Made by a program: the position numbers and the translations under genes
Shown here: positions 30,651-39,678 of the stretch, one piece after another
Position numbering within the stretch: the stretch's first letter is position 1
Layout: each line of letters begins with the position of its first letter
Assembly (NCBI GenBank): GCA_965216785.1
Contig: OZ244197.1
Location: 1,632,001 to 1,696,000, forward strand
Reading direction: 5' to 3'
Source of the DNA: Thermodesulfobacteriota bacterium
GTDB taxonomy: Bacteria; Desulfobacterota_D; UBA1144; Nemesobacterales; UBA2774
Length of the DNA: 64,000 nt
The notes under the pieces: model-generated
What the model saw: only the letters and a program-made list of their open reading frames with translations
Told to the model about the DNA's origin: nothing
The model's database searches: none

Positions 30651-31246
30651 GCACTCAGCAATAGCATTGCCCATTCCTTATCCGTTTCTTTTTCGACTAA
30701 AGAAAAGCCAAGCGAGGTAAAGCTCTCGATCACAATATCCGACTCTGCGTCTTTAATACCGGATAGAAGCAGAAGACCGCCGGGTTTAACTCTATTGCTG
30801 AGCTCGGCACTCATAGGCAGCATCGAGTTTATAAGAATATTTGCAACTACCAAATCAAACGAGCCGTCGATGTCTTCGATCGAGCCCATTACAATGTTTA
30901 CTTGAGGCTCAAATTTATTCTTAGAAACGTTTGTTCTCGCCTCGCTTACGATAATGTTATCTATATCAAGTCCGGTTACTTTTTTAGCGCCAAGAGCAGC
31001 TGCGCACAGAGAAAGAATACCGCTTCCGCATCCTACGTCGAGCACATTTGCGAATGTTCGTCCGCTTATCTCCCCCTTCGAAAATAAAGATTCCAGCCTC
31101 GAAATACAAAGCTTAGTTGTCGAATGAAACCCCTTGCCGAAGGCCCAGCCGGGGTTTATTTCTATAATTCTTTTTGTGCCGTCGGGTAGTTTGATCGGTA
31201 CTTCGACCTTGTCCGGGTAGTATTCGAAAACAGGGGTTTTTTTCAT
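30647..31246 (-). CDS. prmA: ribosomal protein L11 methyltransferase-like (catalytic domain only)
   Basis: PGWAFGKGFHSTT, LDVGCGSGIL, DLVVANI and LLLSGI motifs. Confidence 0.78.
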   Translation of the reverse strand: MKKTPVFEYYPDKVEVPIKLPDGTKRIIEINPGWAFGKGFHSTTKLCISRLESLFSKGEISGRTFANVLDVGCGSGILSLCAAALGAKKVTGLDIDNIIVSEARTNVSKNKFEPQVNIVMGSIEDIDGSFDLVVANILINSMLPMSAELSNRVKPGGLLLLSGIKDAESDIVIESFTSLGFSLVEKETDKEWAMLLLSA

Positions 31247-31315
31247 CTCGCACTCTTACGCAGAGGATTGTCAATAATGGAATTGTATAGATTTGCCCAG
31301 GTAAAGAATAACTTC

Positions 31316-31603
31316 TCAGACACGATTAGATGGAAGATTGTTCATCTCTTCATCAAGTTTTTCAGAGGGTACGGGATCATCTTTTTTTGCCTGAAACTCA
31401 GATTGAGCGTTGTCCTTTGAATCTTTTTCTTGAGTGTCATCCGCTTCAAACTCTATACTATGCTTGAGCTCGTCCTTGGCCCTCTCAATCTCGCGTAGAC
31501 CCCTGCCTAGAGTTCTTGCGAGTTTAGGGATTTCCTTCGGGCCCAGCACCAGCAGGGCAATGAGGAGAATTATTAATATTTCACTTGTTCCGATACCGAA
31601 CAT
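31316..31603 (-). CDS. twin-arginine translocase TatA/TatB subunit
   Basis: MFGIGTSEI..LLVLGPKEIP followed by an amphipathic helix and an acidic tail. Confidence 0.88.
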   Translation of the reverse strand: MFGIGTSEILIILLIALLVLGPKEIPKLARTLGRGLREIERAKDELKHSIEFEADDTQEKDSKDNAQSEFQAKKDDPVPSEKLDEEMNNLPSNRV

Positions 31604-31780
31604 GCGTTTGCGACCCTCTACAGCTAATTTGGTTTGTATGTCAAAGGCTACCTCAATTAGCGCCTATCTTCAATTCACGCGTTTCACTCAGCGTTAATGT
31701 TAAGAGGTTTGGTGTTTTTTGGCAAACCCAGTAAAATGAATTGAAATATACTAATACGGCGTAATATAGGGAGAACTGAT

Positions 31781-32776
31781 ATGAAAGCAATTATTTATCA
31801 TGAAACAGGTGGAGCGGAAGTACTTAAGTATGAAGACGTACCCGAGCCAGAGATAGGGGCTGACGATGTGCTGGTGCGCGTGAAGGCGGCGGCACTTAAT
31901 CACCTGGATTTAAGACTCCGCTCCGGGAAGTCGCCCAGGCCTGTTGATCTGCCCCATGTCGGGGGTATAGACGTAGCCGGGGACGTGGAGAAAGTGGGTG
32001 AGAATGTAAGCGATTTACAGCCGGGAACAAGAGTGGTCGTAGACCCGACGGTGAAAACCCCAAAGGGGCCTAGCGTAATAGGTGTGAATAGGTGGGGAGG
32101 GCTTGCGGAATTTGTAAATGTGCCTGCTTCAAACGTTGTGCCTATTCCTGATGACGTGTCTTATGACGACGCATCGGCTCTTCCTATATGTTACGTCACT
32201 GCCTGGTACGGGCTTATTGACAGGGGAGATATGAAACAGGACGAAACCGTGCTGGTGCACGCCGCGGGCAGCGGTACCGGCAGCGCCGCTGTTCAGATAG
32301 CAAAGGAGCTCGGGGCAAAAGTCATCGCAACCGCGGGCAGTGATGAGAAGCTTGAGAAAGTGAAGGAGCTCGGGGCGGACGCGACTATAAATTACAACAC
32401 CTCTGACTTTGCGGAGGAGGTAAAGAACATCACGGAAGGCAAGGGAGTCGATTTAATATTTGATCAGATAGGGGCTTCGGCCTGGGAAAATAATCTCAAG
32501 TCCCTCAGTGCTGGGGGCAGAATACTTCTCGTAGGCGTAGTGGGAGGGGGACAGGAGACTCTTAACTTCGGCCCGATAATAATGAGAGACATTTCTGTGC
32601 TGGGTGTCACGGTGTTCAGAGCTCCCAGAAAAAACCTGATAAACCTGATAAATATGCTCTCACTCGGCAGGTTTAACCCTGTGATAGACAGGAAATTCCC
32701 TCTATCAGAGGCTGCCGAAGCGCAGAAAATGCTCGAGAACAGGAGTCAGTTCGGTAAGGTTGTTCTTAACCCTTAG
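31781..32776 (+). CDS. MDR superfamily (quinone oxidoreductase-like) NAD(P)H oxidoreductase
   Basis: ALNHLD, HAAGSGTG and FGKVVL motifs; no structural-zinc Cys lobe. Confidence 0.88.
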   Translation: MKAIIYHETGGAEVLKYEDVPEPEIGADDVLVRVKAAALNHLDLRLRSGKSPRPVDLPHVGGIDVAGDVEKVGENVSDLQPGTRVVVDPTVKTPKGPSVIGVNRWGGLAEFVNVPASNVVPIPDDVSYDDASALPICYVTAWYGLIDRGDMKQDETVLVHAAGSGTGSAAVQIAKELGAKVIATAGSDEKLEKVKELGADATINYNTSDFAEEVKNITEGKGVDLIFDQIGASAWENNLKSLSAGGRILLVGVVGGGQETLNFGPIIMRDISVLGVTVFRAPRKNLINLINMLSLGRFNPVIDRKFPLSEAAEAQKMLENRSQFGKVVLNP

Positions 32777-32807
32777 CGGGAAATTCTTGATAGTATTCCA
32801 AGAATTA

Positions 32808-34292
32808 TTAGCTTAGCTCCTGCTCAAATATTTTGCTGAGTAAGTCACAAGTGCCGTCAAAACATGAGAGCCCTGATATTTCTTCGGAGCCGCACCTGCC
32901 GCCTTTGCTCCAGATATCTCTAAGGTAATCCCCGGCCTCTCTTACGCGCCACCACTCTTCGTCAAAGCTCTCTTTAATGTATTTTGAAAGAGCGGGTTCA
33001 ATCAATATAGATTTAAAGCGGCTAAATGAGCGCATGGGCTTTATTGCCCCCGCTATTTTCAGGAAATCCCGCTCGCTTACCTGAACGTGAAGAGCTTCTT
33101 GCATAATCTCTTTATAAATGTCGGGCAGGTTATCCAGATTCTCTCCCGAGTATAACAAAGTCTCGTATATTAGTGTTCCGGCTGCTGATCTTGCGTACAT
33201 CAGCCGTCTCAGAAAAAGAAGCTTAAAAAAGTCATCTCCCTTCTCGGAATCAATATATCTATCGAGCCATTTGCGCTCAAAGGCTAGATTCTTGAAGAGC
33301 TCGGAGAATATCTCCGTATGCACGGGGTCTCTAAGGCACCTGTACTCAAAGTTATCATCTCTATCTGTAAAGGCGTAAGAGAGGGCGCTTCCGAGCGCGC
33401 CCAGATAGGCTTCATAGTCCGTAGGGCCTCCCGCGGGGAATATCGAAACGGCCATCTCAGACGGAGGAGAGGTTAAAAATAAGAGACTGCCGGTCGCTTT
33501 GCCGCTTCTCTTTTTCGAGTCTACAGGTACGTCTGAGCTGTTCACAAGCCCGGAGTCGTCCAATACCCTTGCCGCAGGAACAAAATATTCTTTATCCGGG
33601 AACCCGCCTTTTAACTCAAATGAGTTCAGCATGAATGAAAGATCGGTGGCTGATGAGTCTTTAAGAGGAAGCTCCAGATGCTTTATAAAAAACCAATCGA
33701 GCATCTCTTTTGAGACATACTCCGTATCTCGAATAAAGAGCCTGGCATCTTGCGCCAGCGCGCCCGTATCTCCTAATTCAGTATGCTCCTCAAGCTTTTT
33801 GAGATTAGGGAAGCCAAGGCTCTCGGATGCTCCCGCGCTCTCATAGATTATTTCCTTCAGGGGTGAAATGAGATCTTCCTGGGCCTCAATCCGGCGGCTC
33901 TCGATCTCGTCTCTTTTCTTCTTCTTGGGCGAGCCTAATATCTTTTGAAAAGCTGATCTGTATGGAATTTTCTTTTTGCCAATGTTTACTGTCGTGGAAG
34001 CTTCAAGCGATAGGACTTTGTCGCTCAGTGAGGCAGTGCGGCCTAAAATGAACATATCCGCCAAAAATGCCCTAAGCAGCGAAAGCCCTGCTTCAGTATC
34101 TTCTTCCGAGTTCAATTTCTCATTTAAAGAGAGGAACAGCTCGGGCTCTGCAAACTCTCTATGTGAGTTAAAAATCTCCTCGACGCCTGATTTTTTACTC
34201 AGTCCCGTCAGGTTTGAGCGATACTCTCTTTGCAGTGAAGAGAAAAGGCTCTCTCCCTGGACTCTTAAATGTGTTAATGTGTCTTCGCTCAC
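32808..34292 (-). CDS. M3-peptidase-like protein lacking HEXXH
   Basis: Long helical ORF; GGPTDYEAYLGALGSALSYA at the HEXXH position; downstream TE and FDEEWW...AGDYLRDIWSKG. Confidence 0.55.
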   Translation of the reverse strand: MSEDTLTHLRVQGESLFSSLQREYRSNLTGLSKKSGVEEIFNSHREFAEPELFLSLNEKLNSEEDTEAGLSLLRAFLADMFILGRTASLSDKVLSLEASTTVNIGKKKIPYRSAFQKILGSPKKKKRDEIESRRIEAQEDLISPLKEIIYESAGASESLGFPNLKKLEEHTELGDTGALAQDARLFIRDTEYVSKEMLDWFFIKHLELPLKDSSATDLSFMLNSFELKGGFPDKEYFVPAARVLDDSGLVNSSDVPVDSKKRSGKATGSLLFLTSPPSEMAVSIFPAGGPTDYEAYLGALGSALSYAFTDRDDNFEYRCLRDPVHTEIFSELFKNLAFERKWLDRYIDSEKGDDFFKLLFLRRLMYARSAAGTLIYETLLYSGENLDNLPDIYKEIMQEALHVQVSERDFLKIAGAIKPMRSFSRFKSILIEPALSKYIKESFDEEWWRVREAGDYLRDIWSKGGRCGSEEISGLSCFDGTCDLLSKIFEQELS

Positions 34293-34370
34293 TGGCAGGG
34301 CTCGGGCTTTATATGTTAGTTGTGACTTATATTATAAGAATGAATCCGTTTATTCAAAGCGCGGAGCGTG

Positions 34371-35642
34371 TTAAGCATTTTCCCCGAGCGCTCTTTTTAT
34401 TTTCTTCCTTGGCTCTTTTATGAAAAACGCGCCGAAGGCCGCAAGGTAACAGCATATGATGGCCAGCAGGAACGGGTAGAAATAATCGCCTGTCACGTCA
34501 AAGATGTATCCTGCGACAATGGGACCGATGATGCCCGCGCAGGAATATGATGTGGCGAAGACGCCGTAAATGGTGCCGAGCGCGCTCAGGCCGTAGAACT
34601 TCCCGAGCATGGTAGGGAATAAAGGTACTACAGCGCTGTAGAAAAATCCGAACAGCAGCCCGAACAGATAGAAAACCCAGATATCTTTGAATACCAGAAG
34701 GAGGATTATCGCGCTGCCCTGGGCCAGAAAACACATGAGTATGACCTTTCTGTAATCAAGTACCTCGGCAAGGAGTGACGTCAGAACCGTCCTTCCTATA
34801 ATGCTTCCAATCCCTATCGCCGCGGGGGGACCCGCCGCTGCGACTGCCGCTATGCCAAGATCAATCTCAAAGTTGTAGAACTGAGTTACTATGATTAGAA
34901 AAGTTATAAACGCTAATAAATACATCCCGTACATCATCCAAAAATTAATGTTTGATATGGCCTCTTTCGCGGTCCAGTCGTTATTCTGACCGGTGTTTAT
35001 ATTGCGTGAAGGGCTGTTCATCGCTTCTTTTTCATCCTCGTCCTCTTCCCCGTAGGGTTTCATGCCCAGGTCCTGCGGATAGCTTCTCATAACAAATGAG
35101 GATAGGAGTACTACTATCATTAAAGTGCCTAAAATAAACAGCGCGTTTCTCACACCGAAGTCGTTAATGAGCCATGCGGTAAGGGGGTTTGTAATAAGGC
35201 CGCTCAGAGGAACGCCGGTTGTAATGATACCTATAGCAAACGCCCTTTTTTTTACAAACCATCTACTTATTATAGCGACGCAGGTTATGTAGAGCACGGC
35301 GTCTCCGAGACCTACGAAGAATCCGTACGTCACATAGAGTTCCCAGGGTTTTGTCATAAACCCCGTGGCGATCATACCGAGCGCAGCAATTACACCACCT
35401 CCGAATATGACGGCTCTAGGGTCGAATTTGTCTATGAGTCTTCCGGCGATTATAAAGGCCGGAGCAAGGACCAGGGCCCGGAATGAGAATATTGCCGATC
35501 CTTCGGCGCGGGACATGCCGAATTCATCATTCAGGTAGGGGAGGAATACCCCGAATGAATACAGCAAAAGGCCGTCGAGCATTATAATCAGAAGAGACGC
35601 AGCAACTATATACCAACCGTAAAATATCTTTATACGGAACAT
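34371..35642 (-). CDS. MFS transporter (OFA/MCT-like)
   Basis: FYGWYIV, YSFGVF, GRLIDKFDPR and RWFVKKRAFAIG motifs; 12 TM helices. Confidence 0.92.
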   Translation of the reverse strand: MFRIKIFYGWYIVAASLLIIMLDGLLLYSFGVFLPYLNDEFGMSRAEGSAIFSFRALVLAPAFIIAGRLIDKFDPRAVIFGGGVIAALGMIATGFMTKPWELYVTYGFFVGLGDAVLYITCVAIISRWFVKKRAFAIGIITTGVPLSGLITNPLTAWLINDFGVRNALFILGTLMIVVLLSSFVMRSYPQDLGMKPYGEEDEDEKEAMNSPSRNINTGQNNDWTAKEAISNINFWMMYGMYLLAFITFLIIVTQFYNFEIDLGIAAVAAAGPPAAIGIGSIIGRTVLTSLLAEVLDYRKVILMCFLAQGSAIILLLVFKDIWVFYLFGLLFGFFYSAVVPLFPTMLGKFYGLSALGTIYGVFATSYSCAGIIGPIVAGYIFDVTGDYFYPFLLAIICCYLAAFGAFFIKEPRKKIKRALGENA

Positions 35643-35782
35643 CTATTCCTCTCTATCAGACTCAATATTGAGCAGTTTCCCGGCTGTGCTTGATCAAGGT
35701 TTCAGCCCCTAGATGAGATAGTACTGTATTAGTTAAAGGAAGGTAATCATACCTGATTTTAAAATTAATTTGTTGATTTGAG

Positions 35783-35812
35783 ACGCTCAGAGTTTAGCTA
35801 AGCTCTGAGCGT
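35783..35812. terminator. 30-bp near-perfect palindrome downstream of the HEAT gene (terminator or operator)
   Basis: ACGCTCAGAGTTTAG/CTAAGCTCTGAGCGT with one G-T mismatch; no clear U tract. Confidence 0.45.
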
Positions 35813-35845
35813 ATATTTAAAAATATCTCGGAGGCTCGGTCTCTA

Positions 35846-38350
35846 TCAGCTCCCGACTTCGCTAATTTTACCGTTTACCTCTTTTGCCTGCTCTTCAAAC
35901 TTAGCGGAAGATAGAGTGCCTTCAGCTTTTTTCAAGAGCGGCAAATCCTCTTTTGTCCACATTCCGTTTGTAACCACGATGGATATACTTGCTGCAAGGT
36001 CCTTACGAATCTTCTCGTGCGGCGCTGTCAGCTCCCAGTTGCCGAGAAACAGGCCGAGGAGCTCTCGGGCTTGTTTTTCGGGAATCTCTCCAACTTCTTT
36101 CTTTCCGTCAACGCCGAGCCAATCTATCAACTCCGCGCTCTCTGTGTCTCCGCCTGCGGAGTAGTGAGCCAGATACCTCAGCTTGCCGGTCTCTTCTGGT
36201 TTGGAGTGGGTCGCGGCCAGAATTTTAATAATTGATTCCCTGTCCAGAGGGGACATGTTCATAAGCGTACTAAATGCTGTAGAGCGTACGAGCCCGTCCG
36301 GGGCTACTAGTAGGTCCGCTACCGGGCTGCTGACGGGTCCGGCCTCGCTGCCCATATTGCCTATGGCCTGAACCGCTTTTGATATGTTCTCAGAATTTAA
36401 ATTGTGGTTTAGATCAAGGCTCTGAACGTAACTCACGATTTGAGGGGCCGTATCGGGCGAAGCTATCCTGCCTAGGGCGACTATAGCGCTTGAGCGTACG
36501 TCTTCATCGTCGTCCTTTAGTAATTCTGCTACCGCAGGGGCTTGCTGGTCCGCGGCTTTTCCCATCTTCCCAAGCGCAGATGCCGCGTTTAATCGTACCA
36601 GTCTGTCGTCATCTTGAAGAAGCTTCGCTAGCTCGGGTATCTGCCCGGATGCGGCAGGGCCTATGTTCCCAAGTGCTTTTGCCGCCTCTGCACGCACGTC
36701 TCTATCGGGATTTTGAAGCTGGGAGGCTATATCCGGTATCGAAGCCTCCGCCGCGGACGACATCCTTCCGAGCGCATTTAGGGCGGCCATGCGGATCACG
36801 GGATTGTCGTCTTGAAGGAGTTTCGCTATTTCAGGAACAGCCTCTCTCGCGCCTTCTCCAAGGTTCTGAAATGTTAAGGAGGCTGTATAGCGGAATTTAC
36901 TATCCTTATCACTAAGAAGCTCTATAATCTTAGGGAACTGAGGCGAAGCTTTTTCGCCCATACGTCCAATAGCCGTTGCAGCGTGGACTCGAAGGATTTT
37001 GTTTTGACTCTTTAAGAGCTCAATATAAGTTTCAGCGTAATCTTCCGTGGGTATGTCCATTTGGTCTAGAACTATAATAGCTTTGTAAGCGGCTACACCG
37101 TTTGGGTCTTTGAGCTTTTCTGCAATTTGAGGAGCGTATTCCTTCCCGGCTTCACCGATCTGTCCCAGGGTAAGTATCGCCTCTATCCTTACTCTGGTGC
37201 TCTGATCATTTAAACGCTTTACCACTTTGGGCGCTTGAGCTGCTGCTGCCTCGTTCATATAGCTTAAGGCTTTTAAAGCGCTCCTTCTGAGTTTAGGGTC
37301 AAGGCTGTCCAACTGCTCGGCTACAATCGCTGCTGTGTTCTTGTTCACTTGCGCTATTTGCCCGAGCGCCGCGCGGGATACCGAGCGTACTCTCTTATTG
37401 CTTTTCTGTTGAATCGCTACAACGGTTCTTACTTCTTCGTCGGATAAATCGCCAATTTTACCTAGTGATTTTAGCGCCGAGGTACGTACATACTGATGCC
37501 GGTCTTGCAGAAGCGGCATGATGTCTTTTATTTGAGGTTTGGATGACTTGCCTAAATCGCCGAGTGCCAGTGCCGCGCTCGATCTTACCGCTTTATCGGG
37601 GTCTTTAAGCATTTTTACCATCAGAGCTTTATTGTTGCCGCCTTTACTGCCTAGTTTTCCGAGCGCTCTTAGAGCAGTTGCCCTTACTTTGGGGTTTTCA
37701 CTATTTACGAGCTCTATAATTTTCTGTTTCTGGCCGCCGACCTGTTCGGGATTGTTTTCTATTATCTCTATAGCTAAGAGTCTTACCTTGCTGTCCTTAT
37801 CGCTAAGAAGCGTTATTACAGCGCTCATTTGAGACTTATTCAGATTCCCTATATTCAGTGCGGCTTGCGCAGCAGCCCGGCGCGTGATTACGTTTCTGTC
37901 GCTCATGCTTTCGATTACCAGTGGCAGGTATTGCCTTGAGGCATCGCCCCATGATCCGACTGAGTGTAATGCCGCCTGCCTGGGTAGAGCGTCCTTGGCT
38001 TCTAAGAACTCAACTATCCGCGCTCTCACAGACTCGTCTTCAAGAGGTGCAAGCGCATTTATAGCAATTGCCCTGACCTTGGGATTTGGGTCATTGAGAG
38101 CGCCGGTGAGCGCGGCTATTTCCCACTCTGAGTAACCGCCTTCCGGGGCTTTTAGATCGTCGGCTGCGTCGGATAATTCGTTGCCATCTTCAGCCTTTGT
38201 CTCTTCCTGAGCGTTCTCCTGAGATAATGAGGGCAGAGGCCCGGCAGTGATCGTGAGCAGTAATATCACGGCTATAAAGGCCATATCGCTCTTATGAGTC
38301 CTTAGATATTGAATGATTGTAATGAGTGCGCTCTTGTATGGATATTGCAT
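35846..38350 (-). CDS. HEAT/PBS-lyase repeat protein with an N-terminal signal-like hydrophobic segment
   Basis: Many ~33-aa repeats LLxDxxxxVRxxAxxALGxIG; MAFIAVILLLTITAG segment (possible start 38284). Confidence 0.88.
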   Translation of the reverse strand: MQYPYKSALITIIQYLRTHKSDMAFIAVILLLTITAGPLPSLSQENAQEETKAEDGNELSDAADDLKAPEGGYSEWEIAALTGALNDPNPKVRAIAINALAPLEDESVRARIVEFLEAKDALPRQAALHSVGSWGDASRQYLPLVIESMSDRNVITRRAAAQAALNIGNLNKSQMSAVITLLSDKDSKVRLLAIEIIENNPEQVGGQKQKIIELVNSENPKVRATALRALGKLGSKGGNNKALMVKMLKDPDKAVRSSAALALGDLGKSSKPQIKDIMPLLQDRHQYVRTSALKSLGKIGDLSDEEVRTVVAIQQKSNKRVRSVSRAALGQIAQVNKNTAAIVAEQLDSLDPKLRRSALKALSYMNEAAAAQAPKVVKRLNDQSTRVRIEAILTLGQIGEAGKEYAPQIAEKLKDPNGVAAYKAIIVLDQMDIPTEDYAETYIELLKSQNKILRVHAATAIGRMGEKASPQFPKIIELLSDKDSKFRYTASLTFQNLGEGAREAVPEIAKLLQDDNPVIRMAALNALGRMSSAAEASIPDIASQLQNPDRDVRAEAAKALGNIGPAASGQIPELAKLLQDDDRLVRLNAASALGKMGKAADQQAPAVAELLKDDDEDVRSSAIVALGRIASPDTAPQIVSYVQSLDLNHNLNSENISKAVQAIGNMGSEAGPVSSPVADLLVAPDGLVRSTAFSTLMNMSPLDRESIIKILAATHSKPEETGKLRYLAHYSAGGDTESAELIDWLGVDGKKEVGEIPEKQARELLGLFLGNWELTAPHEKIRKDLAASISIVVTNGMWTKEDLPLLKKAEGTLSSAKFEEQAKEVNGKISEVGS

Positions 38351-38757
38351 AATATTAAACCTCTCAATGTTTATTATAAGTTTTCTCAGGGACTTTCCGA
38401 GTAGGGCGGATTTATTATGGCTGCGGGCTCTCGAACACCAAAACCCGTTATGAAGCGGATAACCCCGGCACTTCTCAATTGATCCCTACTAAATATATGT
38501 GGCCGATTATTTAACAGTGTGAAAAAGCATATCCTATCCTTTTACCGAGTCAAACGTATTTTAGTACAGTATTATTTATACGCTCAACATCTGTAAATGC
38601 GGGGTAGAGGATATATTAATAACTGTTCATTCTTGATCAGGTACGCTAATATTTCCCTTAGAAAATTGCCGTTTGACTTTATCTATTATCAAGTATCATT
38701 TTTATTATCTCTATAAAGAGAACCCTGAATTGCTTGTTGGACTAATGGAGAATGTGA

Positions 38758-39210
38758 ATGGCTGATATTATGGATACACGAGATTTGTACAGCCGTTTAA
38801 AATCGGGTGTTAATAAAGGTCTCAGGATAGTAAATATCAGATCTAAAGAGGCTTACGGCACGATTCTAATCAAAAACCAGCTAAGATCGCTCAAGAAAAA
38901 AAGACGTGACTGCACGCTTGATATGGGGAACACCATATACCGCTCGTATAAATATAAGGGAGAGGTAAATCAGGACAGCATTAAGGTAAAATGCGCTGAG
39001 ATAGAGAGTATAGAGCTCGAAATGGATAAATGTGAAGAAGAGCTCAGGCTTGTGCACTTAAACGCTCAAAAGGAGCTTGGGAGCTTAAAAGCGCTTGCCA
39101 AGCCAGCGGTTATAGCGTTTTGCGAATGCGGGGCCGAAGTGACTCAGGGCTCACAATACTGTCCGGATTGCTCAAAAAAAGTCGATTTACCTGACGCTGT
39201 TGAGAGATAA
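38758..39210 (+). CDS. coiled-coil protein with a C-terminal zinc ribbon
   Basis: CECG...YCPDC; helical N-terminus; GGAG RBS. Confidence 0.75.
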   Translation: MADIMDTRDLYSRLKSGVNKGLRIVNIRSKEAYGTILIKNQLRSLKKKRRDCTLDMGNTIYRSYKYKGEVNQDSIKVKCAEIESIELEMDKCEEELRLVHLNAQKELGSLKALAKPAVIAFCECGAEVTQGSQYCPDCSKKVDLPDAVER

Positions 39211-39370
39211 CTCCGGTCTCGTAGCCGGCTCATGCTTCTTGCGTGTCAGTGGCAGAAATTTAGCACCAAATCCTATCCCGGCATGTAAACGGCCCTTAAT
39301 GAACCACTCCCCGGCTCATACCCTCCTCTGCACATGCAGCTTAACGCCCGAATGTGATTAGATATATATA

Positions 39371-39399
39371 TTGACAGCAGACTAAAACGGTTATAAGGT
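39371..39399 (+). promoter_or_regulatory. sigma70-like promoter upstream of the riboswitch
   Basis: TTGACA-N17-TAAGGT, placing the transcription start shortly before the aptamer. Confidence 0.55.
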
Positions 39400-39421
39400 T
39401 TGTATTGACGGGGAAATATTG

Positions 39422-39528
39422 ATCCTAAGTCGAAAAGGCAAACCATCTGAAAGGGTGGGACGCAGAGTCACGGGCCTAAGTGACTGAGTTAATTAGTTGA
39501 CGGCAGCCGGACTACCGAAGTTGGGATT
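39422..39528 (+). promoter_or_regulatory. c-di-GMP-I (GEMM-I) riboswitch aptamer
   Basis: GGCAAACCATCT-GAAA-GGGTGGGACGC-AGAG-TCACGGGCCTAA...GACGGCAGCCGGACTACCGA matches the GEMM consensus; P1 ATCCTAA/TTGGGAT. Confidence 0.93.
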
Positions 39529-39635
39529 GTTATGTAGACGGATTTGTTCTGTACTTTAGTAGTTCCATCTTCTTTGCGTTCTATTTCCACCCTATACAGT
39601 TGGTTTGAATACGCGTACTTAGGCTGCAAAACTCT

Positions 39636-39658
39636 GCCTTTGCGCGCAAGGGCTTTTT
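39636..39658 (+). terminator. intrinsic terminator (riboswitch expression platform)
   Basis: GCCTTTG-CGCG-CAAGGGC followed by TTTTT, 20 nt before the ATG. Confidence 0.65.
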
Positions 39659-39678
39659 CGCCGGATATGGAATAGAGT

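Noticed and set aside
38417-38447. tRNA-like GTTCGA loop on the minus strand
   Set aside because: No acceptor stem, D arm or anticodon arm of tRNA geometry; kept only as an unassigned structured-RNA candidate
39437-39437. Possibility that the riboswitch is the cGAMP-sensing GEMM-Ib variant
   Set aside because: The discriminating position is G, not A
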